Of a DNA stretch of 64,000 nucleotides, positions 1 to 11,149 are shown piece after piece (position 1 is the first letter of the stretch; each line of letters starts with the position of its first letter). Both the position numbers and the translations under genes were made by a program. The stretch is from the NCBI GenBank assembly GCA_001643675.2, contig LSRY02000067.1, positions 205,242 through 269,241 of the forward strand, written 5' to 3'. The notes under the pieces were generated by a model, which was given only the letters and a program-made list of their open reading frames with translations, searched no databases and was not told the DNA's origin. This DNA comes from Monocercomonoides exilis PA203. Lineage: Eukaryota; Protista; Preaxostyla.

Positions 1-753
1 ATCTAGAGTGGAAAACAATGATATTCTAATATGCAAACTTTCAACTTTGTTGTCGCGAAAAATGATTAATTAACTTTATTTAGCGATAGCGAAATAACCA
101 CATTACATGTTTTCGTTCTTTTCTATGTTCAGAATTGAGGCATTTCATTTTTGAAAGAAGAAAATTCAGAATATCATGACAAATAAAGGATCACAATTAT
201 AAACATTAAGATAACAGAAAGAATGTGACTGAGTTTGAATCGAAAAACACAAAGAATACAAAGTTATGAATTCAGAATCAAAGAATAATAATAATAATTA
301 AATATATTTTGGTGATTGATAATCTTGAGGAGGAATGATTGTTTTTGAAAGAAAGCACAAAACACAAAATTCTCTTGTTATATCCAAAACACCAGAAAAG
401 TTTTTTGTTCATGATTTGAAAAATGAAGTTGATAAGCTTGCTGAGATAAAATGAATGAACTTCACCATTTCAGGTTACAATTCAAATGATTTGTATACAT
501 GATGGAGAACTCAAAGGAGATTTTTATATTTTTTTCACTTCCACTTCTTAAAGTGCTTCGTCAATTGTCGTTATCGAAAAAAAAGTGTTTTTCACTTCTT
601 GGCAATCTTCAAAAAAATATTTAATCTTTTTCTAATTGTCACTAAAAGAAACTTCTTATTTGAAAATTTAACAAATCAAGGGACGTCATTCACAATCACA
701 CATTATTTATCAAAAAAATATTCGTTTTTTCTTTCTTTTTTTATTCATGTGCA

Positions 754-1726
754 GGGTCAGCTTTTTATTCGTACCCAGTTTTTTATAAGAACCAAATTTT
801 TTTTCTCATATTGATTCATATGAGAGTTTTCATTCGATAAAAATAATTTAAAACAAATAATATATTATTATAAGGTTGTATGCTTAATATTTTTGCAAAT
901 TATTTCTTCAAAAAAAGATCTGAATTTTTTAAGTTTGATTTTTTGATCAATGTTTTGTTCATGTTTCCACAAGTTTATGAAATCAAGCGTTTTCCTTGTT
1001 GGTATTGTTTTTAAACTTTTATTTTTTAACATTTTTGGTTATTTAATAACTTCAGAAACTCTTTTCTTTCACTTGTTTTCACACATCACCTTTTTTTAAT
1101 TAAACTCAAATTTCAGCAAGTGAAATAGGAATTTAAAAATTTTCTTGCATTCAAATAATGTCAGTTTATGAACAATATCATGTTTATAAGAATTCTTTGT
1201 TAATTATTTGTGTATGAAAATTGAAAATTCATAAATACAACATCAAATATTTCATTTTCCGAGTAAAATGTATATTGTTGTGATAAAGTTCCTTATCAAG
1301 AATTTTTAATTCTAAATTGTTTATTTGGCACATATAAAATATTCAAAAAAGAACGACATGTTCCCTTTTTGTTTCTGCTTTGTGCAAAAAAGGAAAGGGG
1401 TGGAAACCTATAAAAAAATAGTTTTTCAAGTTTCAAAATAACCAAAAATGTTAAAAAATAAAAGTTTAAAAACAATACCAACAAGGAAAACGCTTGATTT
1501 CATAAACTTGTGGAAACATGAACAAAACATTGATCAAAAAATCAAACTTAAAAAATTCAGATCTTTTTTTGAAGAAATAATTTGCAAAAATATTAAGCAT
1601 ACAACCTTATAATAATATATTATTTGTTTTAAATTATTTTTATCGAATGAAAACTCTCATATGAATCAATATGAGAAAAAAAATTTGGTTCTTATAAAAA
1701 ACTGGGTACGAATAAAAAGCTGACCC
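754..1726. mobile_element. Non-autonomous foldback/MITE-like element with 291-bp terminal inverted repeats
   Basis: 754-1044 (GGGTCAGCTTTTTATTCGTACCCAG...) is the reverse complement of 1436-1726 (...CTGGGTACGAATAAAAAGCTGACCC); ~390-bp non-coding spacer; no TSD seen. Confidence 0.85.
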
Positions 1727-2542
1727 AATAAATAACAAATAATAAAATTTTTTTTATGCAGTCTGTCAAAAAAATTATTGATCTGAAAAAAAAAAAGAAA
1801 GAAAGAAAAAGAAAAATAGTGGATTATCCCTCAAAATTAAAAAAAAAGATATTCCCCACATTGCTTGTGGTAACTTTTTCTTATCATTGGTTGGTGAATT
1901 TTTCATGAATAAATGAACTCTTGAGCAAAAAAGTCTAGAAGATGTGTTGTTTTTGCTATTTAAACATCGTCTTATTGTTTGTTAACATTTTGACAATGAA
2001 ATTTTCAGCAAATATTTATTTTTTCAAAAGAAGAGTGTTTATTTGTTTTCATCTTTTTGTTCAACAAACAAGTGGAAGAATTTGACAAGTGCTTTTATTT
2101 CACTTCACTCGCTGCAAAGTTTTTGTTTGTTTTTAAATATTGTTATCATTATTTTTTTGATTTACGTTGCAACGACTTATTTCTTTTCAATAAAGCATGT
2201 TTGAAGAATAGTTGTTGACGTTTTGTTTGTCATTGCTTTTTAAAAAGCTATTGCACTCATTTCAATGATCGCCTCATTCAATAGAATTTGTTAAACTATT
2301 GGATAATGTGATTTTATTTTTTTCTAATAAAAAACAAAAAGATATTCTGTTTAAACTTGTTTTTGTTTTGTAAATAGAAGTGCATAAAATATGATGAACG
2401 AACAAATAAATGAATAAGTTACACAAATGTTTTTTCAACTTTGTTTTTGTTCAAAAAAATCAATGAAATTAGAAAGCGAATGTTGTGTTCGAAACAAAAA
2501 CAAACATATGAAATGGGGGAAAAATTAAAGTGAAAACTCGCT

Positions 2543-3526
2543 TCACAGATCCTTCAGGGATATGACCTGTGGCCATATATTAGTTTCGATATCCATGATG
2601 GTTTTCCTGACTTCTTTAGCAGAAATTTCTTCAAAGGTTTTAGCCATTTCGGTGAAAAAGTGCGACTCCTCTTCCCACTTTAACGTATTTGATTCCACTC
2701 TTGCCTTCCAAATGCCAAATATGGATTCGATTGGGTTGAAAATTAAAGAATATGCAGCGTTAAATAGCATGACATGTCCGGCTTCTGAAATAAGACTGTC
2801 CTTGTTGATATGATGGATTGTTGCATTATCCATTACGATCACAGACGATTTGTAATTTTTTATGGATAATAGAAAACGCTTAATATAGGCTTCAAACACT
2901 TCATGGTTGACTGTTCATCTTTTCACTTCTGTGTAGCCCATTCCTGACATGGATATTGATGTGATAGCTGTAATAGATAGAAATAGTGGAGGTGGAGGAA
3001 CCAATACTTTTTCTCCTCTTTCTGCCCAACCGTATTTCCTTATGCAATTGACGTTCCATGACGTCTCATCGATGTAGAAAATTAACGCTCCATCTTTCTC
3101 GTCTTGAAATAATTTTTCAATGAAATAAATTCTTTGTTTCTAATTTTCATCGGTGTTTGCGTATGATGGCCTGATAGTAATTCTCTTGAAAGAAAATATG
3201 GGGAATAAATCGAAATCATTGTTTTTTTCATGAAGCAAATTGTGCACAGTAGATTTTGAAATATGCAAACCAGTTGAAGAAAGCTCCTGCGATATCGTTC
3301 GAAGGGTGGTTAATGGATTTTGCTTCATTTTTTGTCTTATGAGATTCTTGTATCGATCATTGTTAACTATTTTTTTTCTTCCTTTTTGCTTTTCATTGTG
3401 AATAATATCTATACCAATCTGCAGTTTTTGTGAAAATAATCTGACGACGATGTTCGAAAGAGAACATTCATTCGCATTTAAGTTTTTCAGACTTGATTCT
3501 TCCAAAAATTCTGAATAAATCTGCAA
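2543..3526 (-). pseudogene. IS630/Tc1-mariner-type DDE transposase, inactivated
   Basis: One frame reads HTH-like TLRTISQELSSTGLHISKSTVHNLL, IFYIDETSW, VIVMDNATIH, YSLIFNPIESIFG; in-frame TAG at 3140-3142 and TGA near 2916. Confidence 0.85.
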
Positions 3527-4849
3527 GTTTTTTCATTTTTTTGAAGTTGAAGGAGTTGAAAGATTTTTTTCTTTTTCTTTCAACAGCAGTTTGCTTCTAT
3601 TCGAATCGTATTAATTTTTTCTTCTTTTTCTTTCAAAGCTGATCTGATCCTGATATTTTCATGAATCGTCATAGGTGTATTTAAAGCATATTTCCAATCC
3701 TTTATTATTCTTTTAAACAATATGATAAATATAAAGTGTATTTAATAATAAAACATTTGAATGGACTAGAATTTTGAAATTCTTTTTGATCCTTGAGAAA
3801 AAACGATTTTTTTAAATCACCTGTAAATCTGAGTATTTTTCTAAAAAATAAATAAAACAAGATGATTTGAAAACAAAAACCAGATGCGAGGTCGTTAATT
3901 ATAATATACTCTAATTATATTAATGATTTTTCGATAAATACACATTTTGAAAAATATATTTAATAAACAATAGATATTTTTCGAAAAGAACAACCATTTG
4001 AGTGCAACAAATGTTATTTCAAATAAGAACGAGTTGTAGCCCGAAAGTCATATGTTTTTCGAAAAAAACCCATTTTTTCACACTATACCAATATGTATTT
4101 ATAGAAGACATCACCATACGAAAAAAGGGCTTTTCTTTTGTCAATTTGTTCTGATATTGATTTAATATCTGGAAATGAGTTTGCTTCCTCGGATTGATCC
4201 ATATATTTGGTCTGTTGCATTCTTTGTTCGTTATCTTTGTGGTAATTTATAAATAATTTGTTTTTTGTTTTCAATCAAATGATATTTCTCTGAACTAAGT
4301 TCGCATATGAACTCCGTTCAAAGCAATATTCAATCTTCATCTCAGTTTGAAAAAAACTTCTCTTCTCAAGCTCTCTCGTACCAGCCTTCAGCTTTCGTGT
4401 CTGCTTCTCAGCATTCAAATGTGTTTGGTCCAATTGAAGTTCAGGAACATCCCTCAATACTATCTAATTCACCAGCAAAAAATAAAATGGAAAGGTTCAA
4501 GTTTGAATATTGTAAAGAAATTTTTTTTATAACAAATTTTTATTCCATTTTTTTAATAACAATCTTTATATTTTTATATTTTTTTATATTTTTTTAATTT
4601 TATATTTTTTTAATTTTTTTAATTTTTTTGATTTTTTTATTGATCTGATATTTACAAAAAAGAAACAAACAACATGTTTGATTTGGCTCTTCGAAAAGCT
4701 GATTCATATAAAGATAGCATTGAAAAGAAAATTTAGAAAACAGTAACTTGGGGATTATCATATCACGAGCCTTGAAAAAAGCTATTTGATTTCTAACACA
4801 AACAAATATCATTTGATAGATATAAAGGAACCTTTAAACCAATAATTAA

Positions 4850-5855
4850 CATGATTTGCGAACTTGAAAACGAAATTAGCCAGACTCCGAAAAAAGGACC
4901 AAAAGGGTCATTATCGCTTATTGACAAAATGCTTTATCACTTCGAATGGCTGTCTTCTGGAACTACACAAACAAGAATTGGGATTTGGTTTTTCAAAGCA
5001 GTCACTATATTTCTGATGCAATAATTCAAATACGTCCACTCCTGTTAATAGTTTTGAGAAAAATGAACATGGAGAAAAAAGAGACCTAAATATTCTGATA
5101 CAGACGAATTTTTTGGAACGGTTGCATTCCTAGTGGACGCAACGTCTATTAGAACAGCCAAGCCAGCTAGCAGTTTTGAAAATCAGAAGTTGCTCTGGGA
5201 TGGGACTCTTAAAGGTTATGGATTGAAAATCCATGTTTCAGTTGCTTCCAGCAATCCTTTTGAAGCATTATTTGCTTCAGAAGTTGCAGAAGGTCATATC
5301 CATAATTTCTCATTGTTCAAACGTGACTTACAGCCGTTGAAAGAATATCTACAAATATCAGAATATGAAAGAGAAAAATATGGGTTGGATGAAGGAATTA
5401 AACATTGGAAAGTCATGGCAGACAGAGGATATCAAGGTGCTGTTGAAGGAATAGGAGTCATAACACCAATCAAAAATGCAAAAACGATTGAAGAAATAAC
5501 ATTTAATGAAAGATAAGCAAAGAAACGGATTCCTGTTGAATGGTTTTCCGGAAGAATGAAAAGGCAGTGGAAGCAATGTGCAAACAGGTGCAGAAATGGC
5601 TTGGATGATGCAAAGATAAATATCGAAATTGCAGTTTGGCTAACAAATCTGAATATTCAAGCATATGATTTATGTGAAGATGATGGATTATTTGAGAAGC
5701 AATGTATTTCTTTTAATCAATTCGAGATTGAAAAGCAAAAAGAAAAAAAGTCAGAATCGAATGCTTATTTCAGAGAAAAAATTAAAAGAATAAGAAGTGC
5801 CTCGCTAATAGAGAACATGCGCAACGAACATTCGAAACCGAAAAATTTCAACTGA
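4850..5855 (+). pseudogene. PIF/Harbinger-ISL2EU-type (DDE_Tnp_4-like) transposase, frameshifted
   Basis: Motifs FLVDAT, YGLKIHVSV, VMADRGYQG, TPIK and FNER*AKKRIPVEWFSGRMKRQW; upstream helical segment LIDKMLYHFEWLSSG; frameshifts near 4990-5090 and stop at 5514-5516. Confidence 0.75.
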
Positions 5856-6487
5856 TGAAATCACCACCAATGAAAAAAGCAATGAAGAAAACTAATTTTT
5901 CTTTCACCATTTTTATTTTTTGTTTGCTCGGTTTTTCCTGATTATTGTTGCTTATTCAGTTTTTTTTGCCGCCTTGATTTGACTTTGATTTTTTTTTCAA
6001 ATTATGAATATCAATAAATAATTATAAAAATCCTTCTTTTTCTAATTTCAACAATCAACGATGGAATTTTTCATAAATATTATTTTATTCAGAAAAATAA
6101 ATTGATCCCATCGTTTTGTTTTATGTTCCGTTCACTGAGAGAAGCATATTCTTTCGTGAATGAAATAATTTTTTTCCGAAATAATACTAGAATAAATCGA
6201 AAATACTAAGTTATTGCGAAAAGATAGTTTCATGCAGAGAATAACTGTTTCATATTGACATGAAAAAAACGATTCCGATAAAGAATAATTCATTCCCAAA
6301 ATTTCATTGGCTTCTCGAAAAGTGTGCTTCTTTCCGTAAAATATCTAATAATATTAAAGTGCGCAGCACATTAATTTTTAAGAAAAACCGCAATCCACAA
6401 CACCTCTTTATTTATGGAGTGTTTATAATTGGGCAACCACTTGTATTCTTCCGAAACTGCAATATCAAATGAATTCAAAGATGAAGT

Positions 6488-8035
6488 TTATCTATTCTCT
6501 TTTCCCTGCTCTGATTGTTCTCCTTCAGTAACCTCTTCCCCTTCTGGTTCCTCCACTCTTGAGGGGAAGAGCGTATCTTGATTGACTGTCTTGCCTGAAG
6601 AATGTGTTTGAATGGCCACTATTGCATCTATTGGAGAAGCCGAGGCTTCAGCTGAAATATCTGAAGACTGTTCAAATTGCCTTCCAAAAGTGATGGAAGT
6701 CGTTTGTTGTGTTGTTCCGATTGAAATATTTTCTGATTGAAGTCGTTGGACCTTCTCCTTCCTAAAGCCCTCGTCTGAAAGTTGAAATCCAGAGCTCTGA
6801 GGGAGAAGCATATGAGCCATTTGACTTGCTAGGTTAGTCTTGAAGAAGGATCTTAACGGTGTGTGTGCTGTTGTGGACAATCGCGCAAATCTTGCAGCGC
6901 AGGCCTCAGGAATTCCTTCTGTTGACACTTTCGAAATAGTTGCATGTTTAATGGTGTATGGGCGAAATTCTTCTGGAACTCCTGCCCTCCCCAAACCAAC
7001 ATTTGCCAGTTTGCGAATCCCACTGGGAGCCAAAGGAGTGTGAGTTGTCTAGTTGAGCAGAAATGTGTCTCTTTTTTCGTAAGTTGTTCTGACCCGATCC
7101 CACAGACAACGAATCGCTCTGGCAGGACAAATGCGGCTGTATTCTTCCTGTAAGAAATGAACTGTGATGAATTCTCTTGAGCGGGATGTCTTCAGTCTCG
7201 TTGAAAGATGGATTGCTTCTGTTTCCCAAATAGATACAGACATGGATATTCGCGCGAGCTCACAGAATCGACATGCTGAAAACAACATAATTACCTGCAT
7301 TCATTTAACAGTGAGATCCCAAAACGGGAGTTGTTCATTATTCAATTCTCTGGAGGAAAAACCTGCGATAATGTCTGGACTCCACATGCTAGTGTACGGT
7401 TTCCTATGGGATTGAGAGAACGAAAAGGATCTGAATATTGTGTGGATAAGCGTGATATCGCCTATCTCCCTGCCATATACTGTGCGAGAGAATAAAGAGA
7501 TCGCTGACCGCATTGCGCATAAGAAAGAATATGGAGTTTCGCTATCCTTCAAGGATAGAAAACAGACTGCGCATTTCTTTATCCACTCATCGAAACATCC
7601 TGGTATTTCACCCAATTGATTAGACTTCCACTCGATGTGGAAATGAGCAAAACAGTTAGTGTATTGATTCCACGTGACTTTGGATATGCTCCTCTCCGTA
7701 ATCTTTCTGATCTTGTCAGGGACCCCGCAGGCTCGAAGTCCTTTGCTCCACCATCTCTCACCGACTCGAGCTACCATCCTATCCTTGCAGCCATATACGC
7801 CCCTGGAGGAAGTGCGGCTCCCAACTTCAACATTCCCGGTCCCGGGGAAAGGACGTCTCGAGAGCATTTCCAGATGAAGGAACGAGTCATCAGTCTCGAT
7901 AGAAGGTTGCTCCAAATCTGATTCTTCCAAGCAGGAAATAAAAAGATCGCTTTCGCTTTTTCCGATTCTCCTTTCCGAAGACATGGAAGGATCAGTGGAA
8001 TCGGGGGATGAATGAGAAGAATTCCTTTTCCCCAA
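6488..8035 (-). mobile_element. 5'-truncated DIRS-type retroelement: end of the methyltransferase-like domain plus tyrosine recombinase (pseudogenised)
   Basis: YR motifs MLFSACRFCEL, ICPARA, GVPEEFRPYTIKHAT. An overlapping frame reads ILLIHPPIPLILPCLRK...FPAWKNQIW...LPPG. Collinear with the element at 25600-27500. Confidence 0.85.
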
Positions 8036-8284
8036 TATGTCTAAATTTTTTTGAAAAGTTCCATTTGTTTAATTTTCAAAAAAATAAGAAATTCGAATTT
8101 CGATCAAATTTCTGTTTTAACTCACCAAATTATGCTGTTATAAGAACTAAATATTGACAATTTTATAATTTCAATTTTTGAGAAGTTTCGTGAGTGGGAA
8201 CAAAAATTTAACAAAAATATGAAATTTTTATTTTATTTGAAAATTTAACAAAAGGAACTTTTCAAAAAAATTTAGACAAATAGG
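8032..8284. mobile_element. MITE family A, copy 1 (~250 bp, ~48-bp TIRs)
   Basis: CCAATATGTCTAAATTTTTTTGAAAAGTTCC... versus ...GGAACTTTTCAAAAAAATTTAGACAAATAGG; sits at the truncation point of the DIRS fragment. Confidence 0.7.
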
Positions 8285-8712
8285 TCCTTTTTTTTGAAAT
8301 ACGAATGAGGTCACAAAACATTTTGTAATTATTGCAATGATGTTTGTTTATAGATATGAAAATCTAATTTATTTTGAAATCTGATAAAATTTAATAATGT
8401 TATAAGTGAAACGATTTTTTCATGCTTTGTGCAAAAAAAGCTTGAAAGTCCGTATTTTCCCCAAATTATTCGAACATTTATTGCAATCAGAAAGTCAAAT
8501 TGCACTTTTCAATGAAACGCTTTTTGGATAATATGAAAATATGTTTTGATTTTTTTTTCTACTGTGGGATTTCACTGTCAGACATAAAGAACTAAAAAAA
8601 AAAAAAAAAAATAAAAATTATTTAATATTTCGGAATGCTAACTGTTTGAAGCTTTTTAAAAAATAACGATTTAACAATTCAATTGAAAATTCAATTTCTG
8701 ATTAAAGAAATA

Positions 8713-9622
8713 CACCAAAAATAATTCTATTTCGATAATTAATAATTCAATTTCGGAATTAATAATTCGATTTCGAAAAAAAATATTTCAAATTCGGAAT
8801 TAATAATTCGAATTCGAAAAAAATAATTCAAATTCGGAATTAATAATTCATTATCGAAATTAGAAAATTAAGTTTCGAAAATAAATAATTCAAATTCGGA
8901 ATTAATAATTCAATTTTGTAATTTATTAATTCGATTTCGAAAAAGAATATTTCAAATTCGGAATTAATAATTCGAATTCGAAAAAAAATAATTCGATTTC
9001 GGAAATAATAATTCAAAATCGAAAATTAATATTTCAATTTCGAAATTCATTTAAAACTGAAATTTTTAATTTTTCTCGAGAAGGGATTTCAGAAAAGTTC
9101 AAGTCATTTTTTAACCAATCAAATATTATTTCTCAAAGAAAACTGTTTTTTTTATTACAACAATCAATAAATCAATTTTTTGAATTTTTATTCTTCATTT
9201 TCGAAAATAATCACTGAAATGATAGAAATTTCAAAAAAATTCATTCTATTGAATAACCAATTAAAAACTGCAAATAATCAATCACAATTTATTGAATAAC
9301 AAAAAATAAGATTTTTTTTCACAATTATATTTTTTTTTTTTGTTTCTTTGGAGTTAAAATAGAAAAACATCTATTTTTTATATGAATATGAATTACTTTT
9401 CTTTTTGAATAAACTCCAATCATATTTTTTCAATAAAAAGGAATGAATATTTTTTTATTTGAGAACACATCATTTATCAAATATAGACAAACAAAGTGAA
9501 TTGAGGAAATAAAAATAAAGAGAATTTAAAACCCAAAACACAAGTTATTCATCACATAAATCAAAAAAATATTCATTTTCGATTTTGAATTATTTTTTTT
9601 CGAATTTGAATTATTTTTGGTG
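8713..9622. mobile_element. Non-autonomous element with CAC...GTG ends, TA flanks and subterminal tandem repeats (CMC/EnSpm-like)
   Basis: TA|CACCAAAAATAATTC at 8711 and GAATTATTTTTGGTG|TA ending at 9624; ~20-bp repeat array inside the left end, with inverted units near 9575-9612. Confidence 0.65.
8720..9050. repeat. Degenerate ~20-bp tandem array (AATAATTCAAATTCGGAATT-like)
   Basis: About 15 imperfect units alternating ...TTCGGAATT and ...TTCGAAAAAA. Confidence 0.8.
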
Positions 9623-10339
9623 TATATGATATGAATAATGTTTTCATTTTTGAAGACTTTTTCATAGTGTTAAAGAAAGAAACTATTTTTGTTCCAAATA
9701 ATGGTGATAATTTTTGAATCCATATATTTCATACAAAAATTTCGGTTTGAGAATTCACTTTGGATATCGAAAAATAAACATTGAAAAGTCAAACCTTCGT
9801 TATAAGACAGTTTTTTGATGAATATAATCTCAGACATCGTTATTTTAAACAATAATCAAAATTTTTTTATTCTTTTTAGAGAATAATTACTCTCCTAAAA
9901 AAATTGAACTTTTGAACAACAACACTCCGAAAATAGTTATGATTTCTTTTATAATATCCCATATTTCTCTTCATTTATATTTTTTTCAATTTATTTTTAT
10001 GCATGTTTTTTGAATATTTTTAAATGAGAATATATAAGGATTATTTCTTTAATAATCGAAATTTGATAATTTTTTGTTTTTCTCAGAAAAGGAAAGATGG
10101 TGAAGTGTCTTCAACACGTTTTAACATTTCATCAAGTGATTTAACATTTATATGTTTATCAATTAATTTTTTTATATTTTTTCAAAATTTCATAATTCAA
10201 ATAACAATTTGATCATTTAACAAAATCAAAAGTGTTTTATTTTCTCTCTATTTGTGATGTAAATTTTATAAGAAGAATGTTTGTTTTCTGAATAAATATC
10301 ATGAATTAACTTTTGATGTGTGAAAAACATGCTTGAGAA

Positions 10340-10596
10340 ATTATTTGTTCTGATTTTTTCAGGAAAGTTCCTTTAACATAGTTTTTGAATTTTCAGTAAA
10401 ATCATAAATTTTAACGAAATTCTTTTCCCACTCACAAAATTTCTCAAAAATGATAATTCGTTCTAGGTCACGAAATAATTTCCGTCAATGATATTTAATT
10501 TTGACAGAGGAATTATTCGTTTGATAAAATTTAGCGAGATTTTTTAATTCTTGAAAATTTAACTGGAGGAACTTTTCGCAAAAATCAGGAAATAAT
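10340..10596. mobile_element. MITE family A, diverged copy 2 (inverted relative to copy 1)
   Basis: Internal TTCCCACTCACAAAATTTCTCAAAAAT matches the reverse complement of ~8174-8200; ends carry AAAGTTCC / GGAACTTT. Confidence 0.55.
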
Positions 10597-10696
10597 GTTG
10601 TGAAAGATGTTTTTCTCAGTTTATCAAAAAAAGATTATTGTTGTAATATTTTTTGTAAGAAAAATATCAAATTCTCTTCTCAGATATCCGATATTA

Positions 10697-11145
10697 CAGA
10701 CAGAACCGGATATAATCACGTCGAATATAATCACATTCGTATATTGTCACATTTTTTGATGCACCGACATTTTTGTCCAATTTTTGATTCATTTTCCATC
10801 GCATATTGTCACAGGGCTGAAAATATATAATCACATTTTTAATTATAATGGGTTATTTTTTCAATGAAAAATCGATTTTTTGATCGAAAATATCAATTTT
10901 TCACTTTTTCAAAATTATGTTTTTTTAGTCTGAATAACAAAATGAAACATAAAAAATTGCTATTTCGATTGAAAAATATGTATTTGCGAAGAATTTTCAA
11001 AAATAAAAAAATTGACCATTAATAAATTAATTTATTTATTAATTTTTATTTTTTTCTGTGTTAAGCAGCGTCGTGTGTAATCACAATCGGATATAGTCAC
11101 AAAAAGTTGTGCAAAACTCGATGTGATTATATCCTGGTTAGACTG
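10697..11145. mobile_element. pogo/Tigger-like MITE with TA target duplication
   Basis: TA|CAGACAGAACCGGATATAATCACGTCGA ... TCGATGTGATTATATCCTGGTTAGACTG|TA; several internal ATATAATCAC/ATATTGTCAC repeats. Confidence 0.8.
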
Positions 11146-11149
11146 TATT

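Noticed and set aside
8023-8293. 9-bp TSD around MITE family A copy 1
   Set aside because: TCCTTTTCC versus TCCTTTTTT matches only 7 of 9 in low-complexity sequence, and DIRS sequence does not clearly resume beyond it.
8300-8470. Diverged inverted match to ~16850-17020 as the ends of one large element
   Set aside because: Similarity is patchy with no defined termini or TSD; more likely two old copies of a dispersed repeat.
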